Assembly: GCA_963663765.2 (NCBI GenBank)
Contig: CAXXUA010000004.1
Location: forward strand, 352,001 to 416,000
Length of the DNA stretch: 64,000 nucleotides
Direction: 5' to 3'
Source: Candidatus Poribacteria bacterium
GTDB lineage: Bacteria > Poribacteria > WGA-4E > WGA-3G
The translations under genes and the position numbers were made by a program. Positions 53,436 to 64,000 of the stretch are shown piece after piece. The notes under the pieces are model-generated. The model had not been told where the DNA came from. It worked only from the letters and a program-made list of their open reading frames with translations, and searched no databases. Each line of letters starts with the position of its first letter. The first letter of the stretch is position 1.

Positions 53436-53733
53436 CGTAGTTCATTGCAGTGGTTAATATCCTGTTGGTTCAAGGATTTTTACACTTACATTGTTAACCA
53501 ATGGTCCCTTCTGGAAGTCCGAGTTACTTCACGAACAAGAGAAAATGAGGAGGCAACCCCTTTTATCAATTGGGTAACGCGTAAGTTCTGTTTATTGAGA
53601 CATAAGACAGGAAATCGGAAGAATAGAAGATTCCTCCTCGCCCGCGAGCAAGGGAGAATAGTTTTTACATTGCATAGAGTTGCACCATTTTGTGCAATCC
53701 ATTGATAAAGTGTGCATTCTGGGGCATCTCGTA

Positions 53734-54721
53734 GATAGTCCATTCTAATTGTTCGGGTTTAGATGTTTTAATCGTACGCGTGCATCGTCCGTTGTCCATT
53801 GCCAGTTTACCTGCTTTTGCTCTGCATTTCGCCGTTTTTTCCAGGCTTGTGTCTCTCTATGGAGTGTCTCTATATCTGGGATACGCCGACACAAACATTG
53901 ACGCGTAAGGACACTCAGTTCTATTTCCGCTATATTCAACCAACTTCCATGTATTGGCGTATGCACGATTTCTAAACGCTTGACTTGCCCCGGTTTCACA
54001 GGATGCGGATCCCGAACATCATCCCTAAGCGTGACAGATTGTTCGTCCATGTTCACAACAGGTATTTCTGTATCTAAAGGTTTCTGGTAAAGATCAAGCA
54101 CTTCTTCCATCGACTTTACAAACTCAGCATCTTTTTCAGGGGGAATCACCCACTGTTGCTGAAGGTGCGGCTTCAAAGCGTTTTTTTTAGTGTCTGTCTT
54201 ACCGTTTCTGGAGAAATGCTTTCCACGATTTCAAGTCTTACCAATTCTGACGCAAGTAGGCGTAAAGTCCATTTAGCAGCACCTTCGGGAGGTTCGCTAC
54301 AACTCAGTGCTATCAAGCGTGCTTCAGCTTCACCATCAAGTTTACGAGGTGTGGGAGGATGCTCTCGCTTAGCACGAAATAAGACACGAGAAAAACCACC
54401 TACAGCAAAACGCTTACGCACTTTCGCGACTGTCCTATCAGTGCACTCATACGCTTCAGCTATTTTCCCATCAGTCCAACCGGGACCATTGACATCTGAT
54501 TTCAGCAAAATATGAGCATTCCTTATCTTATACGCCTCTTTTTTACCTGTGTTTATACAATCTAACAACTCCTGCCGCTCCGAATCAGTGAGTTTTACAA
54601 CATATTTCTTAGTCAAGGTTGTGTTCCTCCTTAAGTTTTGCTATACTATAAGAGAAAAACTCTTGTTTGTCAAGATACTAAGAAACAAAAAAATAAATAC
54701 AAACTTTTAGTATGGACTATC
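53734..54721 (-). mobile_element. IS630-family element, internally deleted
   Basis: Terminal inverted repeats GATAGTCCAT...ATGGACTATC, each flanked by TA; two-ORF transposase. Confidence 0.9.
53745..54616 (-). pseudogene. IS630 transposase (HTH ORF plus DDE ORF joined by a -1 frameshift; central DDE segment missing)
   Basis: ORF A has KWTLRLLA...ETVRQTLKK. The A8C slippery site at 54180-54188 gives LKKNALKPHL. ORF B jumps from MDEQ...PGQVKR directly to LEIVHTPIHGSWLNIAEIE, lacking the DNL-type second Asp region. Confidence 0.85.
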
Positions 54722-55053
54722 TACTAGAGAGATTTTAGTTGTTGATTTTCAGTGTATTATTGATATCTTTGTTGGCATAAATGTTGCTGAACGTTAATAT
54801 AGTGAACCTTGAAATTATTGGGACACTTTGGTAAGTCTATTTTGAAACATAACGAACAACAGAAGTTGTAGCGTGCACATCTTGTTTGCAAAACTCAGGA
54901 TGCCAACAAGATGTGGACGTTGATGTGAACCAGGAAGAAATAGGGAATGTGTTCTGGGTGAAAAGAAAGTTCGTCCGGATCCGCGGAAAGAGCGGAAACA
55001 CACGACACCTTCACCTTGATGGAGAAGGTATTTATAGAAAAAGAGATGATCTG

Positions 55054-56334
55054 ATGTTATTCTTGAAAAAACATGCATGGTGGATGCTCGCGCTCGTTGT
55101 TGGATTGGGCACCTCTGTGCTAATTCTTGATCTAACTGCGCCGCCCCCGGCCGTTGTTGAAGTGCCGCCCCCTGTCATAGAAAGTAGCGAACCACCGAAG
55201 CTGGTGCTGCGTGCGCCCCCGCTGGGTGAGACGTATGGGACAGGGCATTGGGATGGCGACCAATGGCATCGCACTGTGCCGGCAGTGCCTGAAAAGATCT
55301 CAGTAGATGGAGAAATGCTGAGCTACGAAGAACTTAAAAAGAAGATGTGGAGAGGGACCTATCCATACGTCCAGCGTGTCATAGAAGAATATCCATATTC
55401 TGAAGCAGCGCTTATGGCGAGATATCGCATTGCAAGTGACGTTTGGCCGGACGAATCCCTCCTGTTGGCGCGGTATACAGAGATGCTGAAATACCATCCG
55501 GACTCTCCGCGTCTGCTTCAGAATTTAGCAGAGTTAACGTGGGAAAACTCTCCAGAAGAAGCGATTGCTTATGGTAAAGAAGCCCTCAAATACAAGCCTT
55601 TGTACCCAGAAGATACAATGTATGGTCTGTGGGCAGAATCTGTTGAAATTCATAATACTTTAGGTATGGCGTATCAACAAGCGGGTGATTACAAATCCGC
55701 TCTCGTGCATCTTAAAACAACAAAAAATTTGTTAGAATCTAACAACGTTCAAACAGATCAGATCTCCTACGACGTGGTCAATACTTGTATTGAATACATT
55801 GAGAAGGGAAGTCCGCTATGGGGTCCTGTACCACATCCTGATTTAGATGTTTCTGCCGAATCTATCGTTGATTTTTCTTCTATGCCTCCGTTGCCTACTG
55901 ATGTTATTGATGTGCCTGTTGATGCGTCTGTGGGTTCAGATTTTTTGCCGCCGCCTGTTCTTGAAGATCCTGTTTCTGAAGTGCCGATAAATCCTTCTGA
56001 AAGTGAGGCACTGCGTGTTGATGCCGTGAAACAAGCACGCGAAACGTTTATTGAGCAGCAACAAGAGATACAGCAAGAGTTTGAAGATTTTCTTCGGTGG
56101 TTGGAAACGATTGAGAAAGCGAAATCGCCTTCGGATTTAGAAGGCTTTTTGATGCGTGAGATGGCAAAGTATCTACAAGGAGAGTCTACCCAGTTTGAGT
56201 CAGAACGTGTACTTCGTGCCCATGAGGTATTGGATCGTTTTGGTGAGAAAGAAGGATTGAAACGTTTAGAGCATGTGGATCCGGAGCTGGCGCGTGAGAT
56301 ACGTCGGCAGCGGCCGCCTATTCCTAAGAAATAG
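55054..56334 (+). CDS. Membrane-anchored TPR-like hypothetical protein
   Basis: N-terminal TM helix; HNTLGMAYQQAGDYKSALVHLK TPR-like segment. Start placed at ATG 55054. Confidence 0.7.
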   Translation: MLFLKKHAWWMLALVVGLGTSVLILDLTAPPPAVVEVPPPVIESSEPPKLVLRAPPLGETYGTGHWDGDQWHRTVPAVPEKISVDGEMLSYEELKKKMWRGTYPYVQRVIEEYPYSEAALMARYRIASDVWPDESLLLARYTEMLKYHPDSPRLLQNLAELTWENSPEEAIAYGKEALKYKPLYPEDTMYGLWAESVEIHNTLGMAYQQAGDYKSALVHLKTTKNLLESNNVQTDQISYDVVNTCIEYIEKGSPLWGPVPHPDLDVSAESIVDFSSMPPLPTDVIDVPVDASVGSDFLPPPVLEDPVSEVPINPSESEALRVDAVKQARETFIEQQQEIQQEFEDFLRWLETIEKAKSPSDLEGFLMREMAKYLQGESTQFESERVLRAHEVLDRFGEKEGLKRLEHVDPELAREIRRQRPPIPKK

Positions 56335-56347
56335 AGGAGTTTTTTTG

Positions 56348-58443
56348 ATGAGCAGGTATTTTATTTTTGCATTATCGTTTTATTTTCTTTTTTGTAGTTT
56401 TGCCTCTGCAAACGATATTTCCATAGAGTTGATGCCGAAGTTTACGGATGACAAGTTTTCTGAAGGGGGCATCCAGTGAATGCGGCGCATACGAATGCGT
56501 TTTCTTTTACGGTGAGCATGTCTGGTACTCCTACGTCATACGTGACGATAAAAGTGAAGTTAGATTCTACGAGTTATCCGGGGACGTGTGGTAACTTTGG
56601 GAGTCGGACGGATACGGATTTTAAGTTGATAGCGAATGATAATTCGGGTTGGACGAAGGTGAGTGATTCGGAGTTGACGTACGAGTTGAACTCTGTGAAT
56701 AGAAAGCTGCCGGGGACGTTGACTGTACGTAGTTACGATTGGGGTAGTTCCTGCAAGGTATCGGTGTGAGGATGCGACGTCTGCGCATTTTACGGCTTCG
56801 GCACCGATAGATACAAATAGTAACGGTATCGCGGATGGTTGGCAAGGTGACTTGAAGCAGGCATATACCAAGGATGCAGATGATGAGACGGGGCATGGAG
56901 ATAATAACAGACATCCTGGAGATGGCTGATCTGTCAGTGAAGAATCTCGTGGTATTTTTACAACAAAAACAGACACACAGGTCACACAGCTTGACCCGAA
57001 AAAGAAGGATGTGATGGTGTGTTCTGATGCGGCGATGACAAAATATGGCACAGGAAGTCTCCCTGAAATTGACAATCATAGGTTTTTGACGCTTGTTCCC
57101 TATCAACTGAATGGTACGTGGAAAATTGTCAAGGATCCGTGGGGGCCGTATTTACTGACACTGAGGAAATCGACACCGATATTAGTGAAGATACTGGCTG
57201 GGTCAACATCAACTCAGCGGGTGTCCCCGGCGGTGACAAACGCGTCTGGGCAATTCGAATCACAAACGGTGGATCTCATAAGAACACCAATAGAATGGGA
57301 AGTACATCGGCAGGCTCTCCTTCGCAATACACACTGATAGAAATTTTTACTCAGAATGCAGAGGTGAAAGTTAACGAACTGTACGTAAAAGCGAAGGCGT
57401 ACATTGAGAAAAAGCGTAAGAAGCAGTATGAAGATCGTGCAAAGACATGGCCGGATGGCGATTGGAGAAAGGCAAGAGATGAGAATCTCGCGAAAAATTT
57501 TGTGTGGAAATCAGGAACCGATGCCAAGAAAATAAACGCCAGAGAATTGGTAATCAACAACGCGATTGCGCATGAAATTGTGCATGATCTCAACATCATA
57601 CCGCACTGTGATAAGACGAGGCACCGGGGCTGTCTTATGAATGAACCGGGTATATTCCGTGGCAAATATACGATATAATTCAGTGGTACCATGGTGAATG
57701 CTGCAGGTGTGAATTGGGGGTTAAACACTGCACACTCCCCTGATTTAGCCGTAACAGAACAGACGAGAGGGTCTGGCAATGCAATAGAATGTGACATTGA
57801 GATAGAGATTTCAGTTGAAGACCCTCCCTCTCTTGTCAGTGAAGAAGACAGCACCACGTCATCGTCGTCTGTGTCGCTTGTTTCGTCCGATGTAATTTAT
57901 ACCGCCACGGCGGGGACTGGGCATGAAGCGAATTTGACATTGAGTGCTGCACCGAGTTATGTGTTTTGGTATGTTCAGGGTCCGAGTGATTCTGCTCCTG
58001 TGTTACAGTATCAGGATACCTCTGGGAGTCTGACATCACAGTTGAGTTATTCGTTTCCGATCGGTGTTTCTGGTGTTTATGTCATATCGGTATCTGGTAC
58101 TTCGGCATCTGGGGGATCAACGATCACAGCAAGTTATACTGTATCTGTCACAGTACCGAGTTTTTCACCGAGTGCGTCTTATACGCTAAATGGTCGGACG
58201 GTCTCCTTCACGATCACGACGGGGGCACCGATTTATGGCACCTATCTGTATGTTTCTGGTACATACATCTGGCACGGTATGAGTGGTGTCATTGCGAACA
58301 CACAGACGTTGAACTACACGTTCCCCGATACTGCAGCACAGGGCGCTACTTATACGATGTCGTTGTATGTGTATCCTCGGGTAGGGAATACGTATGGTGA
58401 ATCGGAAAGTGTGTATAACTATGTGACGTTGCCTCGTGAGTGA
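56348..58443 (+). pseudogene. Fragmented gene for a large secreted protein with an HExxH zinc-peptidase-like motif and Ig-like C-terminal domains
   Basis: AGGAG RBS and signal peptide at 56348; successive fragments in different frames; in-frame TGA at 56927; AHEIVH motif; Ser/Thr-rich beta domains. Confidence 0.65.
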
Positions 58444-58454
58444 AACAGATTTTC

Positions 58455-58601
58455 ATCCTAATGAACTTTGACGTTCAAGTTGTGTATTCGTAGGGCGTGG
58501 TCGCTATGCCCGATCCACGGAAAATAACAAACTAAGCAGGTTGGGAAACCCAACCCATACGCACTCAACTACCGATTTTAATTATCAAAAATCATTAGGG
58601 G
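58455..58601. repeat. MITE/REP-like composite with imperfect ends CCTAATGA..TTTGA and internal GTAGGG.../GGTTGGGAAACCCAACC hairpins
   Basis: Imperfect inverted ends; no clear target duplication. Confidence 0.4.
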
Positions 58602-58649
58602 ACAACGTGTTTTCATCGTTCAATCTCTTTACTTCGGACAGGCAGGTAT

Positions 58650-59119
58650 GTGTTTTGTGTGCTGATGTCCTTTCGTTTATTTGATTTTATTTTAGTTGTT
58701 TTGCTGATCGTATTGTGTGCTGCTTTGTTTGTGCGTCCATGGCTGCGATCTGTCCTAGCTGTGTCTGTGCGTTCGGCATCTTCCCCTTGGGTATCTCCCA
58801 CAGCGTCTTCACTTGTTTTGGACACTGCTTCTGAGGACTATTACCAAGTGATTATATAGACAACAACATCTTCCGTCCGTTGGTTCCAGAGCCTTTAGGG
58901 CCGCCGCCTCGGTATATCCTGCTTTGCACGGTGGAGTATTCTGATGTGCGTTTATCGGATGTGTTGGTTCGGGATGTGTATAAGAAGCGGGTTCACAAGG
59001 TGCGCGTGGGTGAGCAGATCGAGGATTATGTTGTGAAATCTATAACGGCACGGCGTGTGGTTTTAGCGATAGGAGAAGAGGCGTTGGAGTTGGTATGCGA
59101 AGATAAAATATTTTACTAA
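58650..59119 (+). pseudogene. Frameshifted small membrane protein gene
   Basis: TM helix then DYYQVII stop; the sequence continues DNNIFRPLVPEP... in another frame. Confidence 0.5.
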
Positions 59120-59144
59120 CATTCAGGCAAGTCTATTTAAATTT

Positions 59145-59828
59145 CTATAAAATACCATATCTGTCATAGACTTCCTTAAGTGTTGCCCCTTCCCGAAGCT
59201 CATCACGAGTTTTATTTTCATCCTGCACCTTTTCAAGAGCAGCATGAACAACGGTATTCTCAATATCATTTGGAATGACGACAACACCGTCAGCATCTCC
59301 GAACACAATATCACCAGGATTTACGATGACCCCACCGCATTCTATCGGGACATTATAAGCGATAACTTCACCACGTCCATTAGAATCAACTGGTGAAATA
59401 CCAGTTGTGAAGATAGGAAATCTCATCTCCATTATTTTACGTGTATCCCGTATGAAACCGTCAATAACGGCACCGCGCGCACCACGTGCCATTGCTGCGG
59501 TTGAAAGGAGTTCACCCCAGAAACAGATTCTGGTGCTACCGTTCGTTGAGCAAACAAGGACATCATCCTGTTTTAGACTATCAACTGCAGCAATCTCTTG
59601 TTGGTATGGTTCTTCAGGAATCTCAAAAACATCCAGACAAAGAACAGGCATTGCGCGTCCGACTACAACGGTATCAGGAAGCAGTGGACGGATGGTGTGC
59701 TGAAGAGCTTGTTCACGGAAACCGTTAGCATCAAGTGCATCAGAAATAACAGCAGCATATAACTGCTCATGCATCAAGTCGAATAGTTCTTTGTCGTTTT
59801 CCCACAAGTATGTTTGTTCGGTATGCAT
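59145..59828 (-). CDS. RraA/HMG aldolase family protein
   Basis: AVISDALD; WGELLSTAA.ARGARGAVIDGFIRD; PGDIVFGDADGVVVIP. Confidence 0.92.
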   Translation of the reverse strand: MHTEQTYLWENDKELFDLMHEQLYAAVISDALDANGFREQALQHTIRPLLPDTVVVGRAMPVLCLDVFEIPEEPYQQEIAAVDSLKQDDVLVCSTNGSTRICFWGELLSTAAMARGARGAVIDGFIRDTRKIMEMRFPIFTTGISPVDSNGRGEVIAYNVPIECGGVIVNPGDIVFGDADGVVVIPNDIENTVVHAALEKVQDENKTRDELREGATLKEVYDRYGIL

Positions 59829-59853
59829 GATGGTGTATCAGAATTGGTATCAA

Positions 59854-60381
59854 CTAATAGTTTTGATAACCGACCTCTTTAAGACGTGCAGCTTTCTCGG
59901 CAACGCCATCACTCATTTTCTTTTTATAGTCCCAAAGTTTTGCGTCCAATTCCGGATAGTGGACAGCGAGTATTTGGACTGCAAATATACCTGCGTTGCG
60001 TGCCCCACCGGAACCGATTGCCATTGTTCCGACAGGAATACCTGGTGGCATCTGGACTGTTGCATAGAGTGCATCAACGCCATTGAGAGGTCCGCCATCT
60101 ATTGGTACACCAATCACTGGGAGGGTAGTGTGAGCTGCAATTACTCCTGCTAAGTGTGCTGCGCGTCCAGCACCTGCAATGATAACTTTTCCGCCTTCAG
60201 CTTTGATTTTTTCTGTCCACTCCATAGTTCGTTCGGGTGAACGATGTGCTGAGGAGACTGTGATTTCATAAGGAACTTCAAATTCCTCTAAGATTTTTGC
60301 GGCTTCAGACATTCTTTCTAAGTCTGAATCACTCCCCATCACTATACCGACAAGGGGAGTTTTTTGTTCTTTATATGACAT
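59854..60381 (-). CDS. purE: N5-CAIR mutase PurE
   Basis: IVMGSDSD; SAHRSP; AGAGRAAHLAG; VQMPPGIPV. Confidence 0.98.
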   Translation of the reverse strand: MSYKEQKTPLVGIVMGSDSDLERMSEAAKILEEFEVPYEITVSSAHRSPERTMEWTEKIKAEGGKVIIAGAGRAAHLAGVIAAHTTLPVIGVPIDGGPLNGVDALYATVQMPPGIPVGTMAIGSGGARNAGIFAVQILAVHYPELDAKLWDYKKKMSDGVAEKAARLKEVGYQNY

Positions 60382-60411
60382 ATTTGTAACCGTACCTCTG
60401 AATAAATTGAT

Positions 60412-60604
60412 CAGGACTTACGCACCCAACGGTAGGCGCGCTTTGTAGGCGGGGAATGCCAAAAGGCATTCATACCCGGGGAATGCCTAAATGGCATTCA
60501 TACCGTTGATTTCTTGATTTGGCGCTGGAAACCGAAAATATGCTGAAAATTACACGATTTTCGTCATAATTCTTCATCAAACCATGAAAACTGCGTAAGT
60601 CCTG
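60412..60604 (-). mobile_element. MITE family A, copy 3 (opposite orientation)
   Basis: Perfect 13-bp terminal inverted repeats CAGGACTTACGCA...TGCGTAAGTCCTG; target duplication TTGAT. Confidence 0.92.
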
Positions 60605-60721
60605 TTGATATTATATAGTATGTGTTTCTGTAAATTAACAGATGTAATAAATGACAACTTTACAATTGAGAAAACTCGTATCATTTACTCATATCTTCAT
60701 GCTAATGTTATGCAATTTATA

Positions 60722-61123
60722 CTAACTATCGAATTCATCATTTACTTCTTCTGCTACATGTGGTGATGTACTTCTGTGTTTTAAAGTGTCAGTATAAGAG
60801 TCAATTATTTGGTTTTCTGTTTCTATTGGTTGTATGACAATTTGATAACCAAGCGACTTAAGCACAACGCCTATTACATCTATCAATTGTATTTCATTGT
60901 TAGACAATAAATTTGAAAATACTTGAGGGTCCATCTCTATCTCCTTAGCAAGTAGATTAACACCACCTTGAGCTTCAACCACTGTTTTTAGTGCTCTTCT
61001 TACTACAGATGGAATCTTATAGACTTGATAGTCCTCAAGGATTGCCTGTAAATAACCAATTGCTCTTTCTGGTGTGGCAATCCGTTCAACAAGACATTCA
61101 CGCCATGTTCTCATTTTTCTCAT
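60722..61123 (-). CDS. Addiction-module antidote (HigA/HI1420-like HTH)
   Basis: AIGYLQAILE...AL..VVEAQGGV..LAKE; directly downstream of the toxin. Confidence 0.82.
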   Translation of the reverse strand: MRKMRTWRECLVERIATPERAIGYLQAILEDYQVYKIPSVVRRALKTVVEAQGGVNLLAKEIEMDPQVFSNLLSNNEIQLIDVIGVVLKSLGYQIVIQPIETENQIIDSYTDTLKHRSTSPHVAEEVNDEFDS

Positions 61124-61458
61124 AGGTATTCTCTCTTGTATTCCAACCAGAATGTTTTTGCTCTTTCAATATCTCATTTTTGTGAGGTTTTATCTCCGCC
61201 ACAAAGTAATAGTATGATTGTGTTTCCTATTCTTCCAAAATATATCCTACATCCTGCTCCAAAGTGTAATCTCAATTCAAAAATACCGTTCCCTATAGTT
61301 TGACAATCCCCAAAATTACCATCTTCAAGTCTTGCAAGACGCGATTGGATTCTATCTTGTGTCTTTAAATCTCTTATTGTATCTAACCACTCATTGAAAG
61401 GTTCTCTTCCGTTTTTAGTTTGATAAACTCGTACTTCTTGCGGATGTGTCGTTAGCAT
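61120..61458 (-). pseudogene. RelE/HigB-like addiction-module toxin with a premature in-frame TGA at 61174-61176
   Basis: GREPFNEWL...RL.RLE.GNFGD...GIFELRLHFGAGCRIYF...LLCGGDK. The frame continues past TGA as DIERAKTFWLEYKREYL to an ATGA overlap with the antitoxin. Confidence 0.8.
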
Positions 61459-61499
61459 TGTTATGTATAATTTAAATGCAATAGAATTTCTTTGTTTTT

Positions 61500-62291
61500 C
61501 TATGGATAAACCAACAGCGTATTTCGCTCAATGATGAGTGGTTTGGGACCACTATCAGGAAATTGTGCTGCCCATTCTCTTTCATCATAATCGCGTTTGA
61601 CAAAACAGGCACGGTGAGCGGGAACAGCATGCTTCAGTCCTATGCGTGTCGCCATTTTGACGCATCCATCATAGAATGGGAATTCTCCTTCATTGGGATG
61701 GTTTGTCAAGAAACCGACATCCGGTTTATGTGCTGCCACTGCTGAAATTAAGTCATCATGTTCAACAAAGTTGTTGATTGGGTCACCACTGAAATAGAGA
61801 CTGACACCATCACAGACAATGACAAACCCCAAGTGTGTTACATCTGGGGGTGCTATGTTAACAGAAGGATCACCATCAGGTGGTTTTGCATAGACTGCAT
61901 GGAGGACAGAATTGTTTAGTTTGACTTCATCCCCTGCACGAATCTGGGTGACATTTTCCTCTTTAACATCAGTTTCCGATAGTATTTTCTGGACACTTTC
62001 CACAGGTCCGATAAACCGCGTTGCATTAGAAGCCTCCCAAATGCGGGAAATTGATTCTGGACAAGTATGGTCACCGTGTGCATGTGTCAATAGTACATAA
62101 TCGGAGGGGAGTTCCGTTTCATCAAGTGGTGGTTCGGAGTGAATAAAGCGGTCTGAAGGACGGTTGTGTGGAAAATAGGGATCAATTTGGATTATGGTTC
62201 CAGACGAGTCTTTAATTGCGAAGCTGCTCTGTTCAAACCAGTGAACAGCAACAGTGTCTTTTGAAACGTTTAAATTAACGAGTGTATGCAT
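61500..62291 (-). CDS. Metallo-beta-lactamase fold hydrolase (UlaG-like)
   Basis: IDPY; LTHAHGDH; YFSGD; VPAH. Confidence 0.88.
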   Translation of the reverse strand: MHTLVNLNVSKDTVAVHWFEQSSFAIKDSSGTIIQIDPYFPHNRPSDRFIHSEPPLDETELPSDYVLLTHAHGDHTCPESISRIWEASNATRFIGPVESVQKILSETDVKEENVTQIRAGDEVKLNNSVLHAVYAKPPDGDPSVNIAPPDVTHLGFVIVCDGVSLYFSGDPINNFVEHDDLISAVAAHKPDVGFLTNHPNEGEFPFYDGCVKMATRIGLKHAVPAHRACFVKRDYDEREWAAQFPDSGPKPLIIERNTLLVYP

Positions 62292-62401
62292 AAATAATCC
62301 TTGATAAATGTTACATATAGATTCGACATTTTTGGATATCTGAGTTTCCACCTAAATGAGATTTTGTTGAATTAAATTTTTGGATTTACCATAAATGAGA
62401 C

Positions 62402-62427
62402 ATGGCGAGGTACAGTGACCTCGCCAT
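62402..62427. terminator. Hairpin ATGGCGAGGT-acagtg-ACCTCGCCAT (terminator or REP-like)
   Basis: 10-bp perfect stem downstream of the 62453 ORF; similar to the hairpin at about 2361. Confidence 0.45.
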
Positions 62428-62452
62428 ACAATTGAATTGTGAGGTAAGCACT

Positions 62453-63457
62453 TTACCAGCAGCCGGATCTACCGGGGACATAGTGCTGAGAGAAAAAGAT
62501 ACCGAATGTAACAGGCATCATGTCATCTTCCGGTAAACTAAAGAAGGGTCTATCCACACGTATTTCCAATTTTAGACGACTTTTCGTTAGCCTAAGCATT
62601 GAAATTCCGCCGACAAAATATGCCCCTAAACCAGAATTTCTACCTGAATCGTTATAATCATCGTAGTAGTAACCATCATCGTAGTAGTAACCATCATCGT
62701 AGTAGTAACCATCATCGTCATAAGATCCACCAAATATGGAGAGTCCTCCTCCGACATAAGGTGAAAAGTTTTTTGTATTAAAGAAGTAACGTCCCCCGAT
62801 TGACCAAGATCCAAAATTATATTCTTCACCGAAACTTGCCCGGAATTCTGATGTCACTGCGTACCTTGGAGTCTCATAAGACCAACCAAATTCATAACCA
62901 GGTTCTGCGGAACTCTTTGTTCCTGGTACAAAAGAACCAAAAATACCCATATTCCATAGGGATTCACCGGGTAATTTGTTGAGTTCACCTGCTTCATGTT
63001 GCGTAACGGTATTCATGTCAGTTGTGTCGGTGATCTCTTTATTGTAGACAACGGCATCAACCAATCTTGGTGCAGCCTTAATCATATCTTCAATACTGTC
63101 AATCCATATCTGTTTCTCAATAGCAGGCATTCCTGGTACTTCTCGACTGATATGGACGAGTACCTTTTGACCCAGTCGTCCAAAAGAGAGACGATACACA
63201 TATCCTGATTTCGGTTCTTCGTAGACAGGACCACTCATTGGAATACCGAGTTTGCGGAATTCTGTGGCTATCAACAGTCCTGCGCTCTGTGCATCAACTT
63301 CCTCAACACCGAGATGATCTACAATATATAATGTGCTGGGAGTTGAAAGAGCGGCATTTGAGTCTGTACTCTGTTGTGCGTAGGTTGAGAGGGACACTAT
63401 GCAGGTCAGGACAAACATAATAATAATTAGTAAATAAGGCAATCTTTTGCTTTTCAT
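62453..63457 (-). CDS. Secreted protein with an outer-membrane beta-barrel-like C-terminal domain
   Basis: Signal peptide; GGRYFF...FSPYVGGG OMP-like strands; DDGYYY repeat loop. Confidence 0.7.
   Translation of the reverse strand: MKSKRLPYLLIIIMFVLTCIVSLSTYAQQSTDSNAALSTPSTLYIVDHLGVEEVDAQSAGLLIATEFRKLGIPMSGPVYEEPKSGYVYRLSFGRLGQKVLVHISREVPGMPAIEKQIWIDSIEDMIKAAPRLVDAVVYNKEITDTTDMNTVTQHEAGELNKLPGESLWNMGIFGSFVPGTKSSAEPGYEFGWSYETPRYAVTSEFRASFGEEYNFGSWSIGGRYFFNTKNFSPYVGGGLSIFGGSYDDDGYYYDDGYYYDDGYYYDDYNDSGRNSGLGAYFVGGISMLRLTKSRLKLEIRVDRPFFSLPEDDMMPVTFGIFFSQHYVPGRSGCW
62657..62718. repeat. 18-bp coding tandem repeat x3.4 (DDGYYY)
   Basis: ATCATCGTAGTAGTAACC repeated. Confidence 0.95.
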
Positions 63458-63587
63458 TTTTAGTCCTTCATAACTGGAGTGATGACTTAATTGTAAATCA
63501 TCTGTGGGTTTTATATATTTTGGTTAGTGTTTAATTTATTTGTTTTTCTTCATTGAAATGATTTTGCATTACCATGGTCTATTATGA

Positions 63588-63926
63588 TCAATAACCCCTT
63601 ATAATTTCTGATTGTGTTGCAAAGAATATACTGAAAATAGCTATGATGAGAAAAACGTAGAGTAAGATACTGATGATGAAGCCAATAAACGCAGATGAAA
63701 GTTGAATTTGTCGTGCTTTTGCCTTATATGCGTCAGTGTACAAATATGTTTCTTCATCATCCATTCCATAAGTTTTGCTTAACGGTGGATTCTGTTGGTA
63801 TATATAAGCAGCCAGAAGTCCAAAAACGGAAAGTGCTGCACCGACAATCACCCAAAGTAATTTGTGTGTATCAGTTTCTGCATCATTTTCAGCTTCTACT
63901 TGTATTTTTTGTCGGTTTGTATTCAT
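63588..63926 (-). CDS. Hypothetical membrane protein (2 TM)
   Basis: 112-aa ORF with two hydrophobic segments. Confidence 0.65.
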   Translation of the reverse strand: MNTNRQKIQVEAENDAETDTHKLLWVIVGAALSVFGLLAAYIYQQNPPLSKTYGMDDEETYLYTDAYKAKARQIQLSSAFIGFIISILLYVFLIIAIFSIFFATQSEIIRGY

Positions 63927-64000
63927 AGATTCTTAATTGTATATAACATAATTGAGTTTAAAGGTTCGCATTACTTATGTTCCATCCATATTTGGGAATT

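Noticed and set aside
53445-53743. Overlapping 85-86 aa ORFs beside IS630
   Set aside because: No recognisable motifs; one begins inside the IS end
56927-61176. TGA recoding (alternative genetic code or selenocysteine) suggested by two in-frame TGAs
   Set aside because: TGA ends normal genes here (recA, lon, pdxA, C25 peptidase), the expected residues at the two sites appear to differ, and no SECIS was recognised

Overview
Low-GC bacterial chromosomal window from a diderm organism (LolA, outer-membrane-barrel-like proteins, a T9SS-like C-terminal domain). The gene content (WD40, NHL, Uma2 expansions, C25 peptidase) is reminiscent of Candidatus Poribacteria, but that is inference. Left to right it holds: a truncated rtcB; a Gfo/Idh/MocA oxidoreductase; an Rpn-family nuclease with an apparent intragenic small protein; four tandem, mosaic Uma2 endonuclease cassettes; ppdK; an unknown coupled two-gene module; a complete Pup-proteasome operon (arc-dop-pup-prcB-prcA-pafA); a TnpB-only IS200/IS605 element; recA-thpR-pgsA-lolA; nusB and NHL/WD40 genes; seven tRNAs; tig-clpP-clpX-lon; pdxA; a 2164-aa PorU/C25-like peptidase; an internally deleted IS630; a decaying accessory island; purE; and a toxin-antitoxin pair whose toxin carries an in-frame TGA. 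Intergenic DNA contains at least two MITE families with clear target-site duplications plus REP-like palindromes. No CRISPR array or rRNA was seen.
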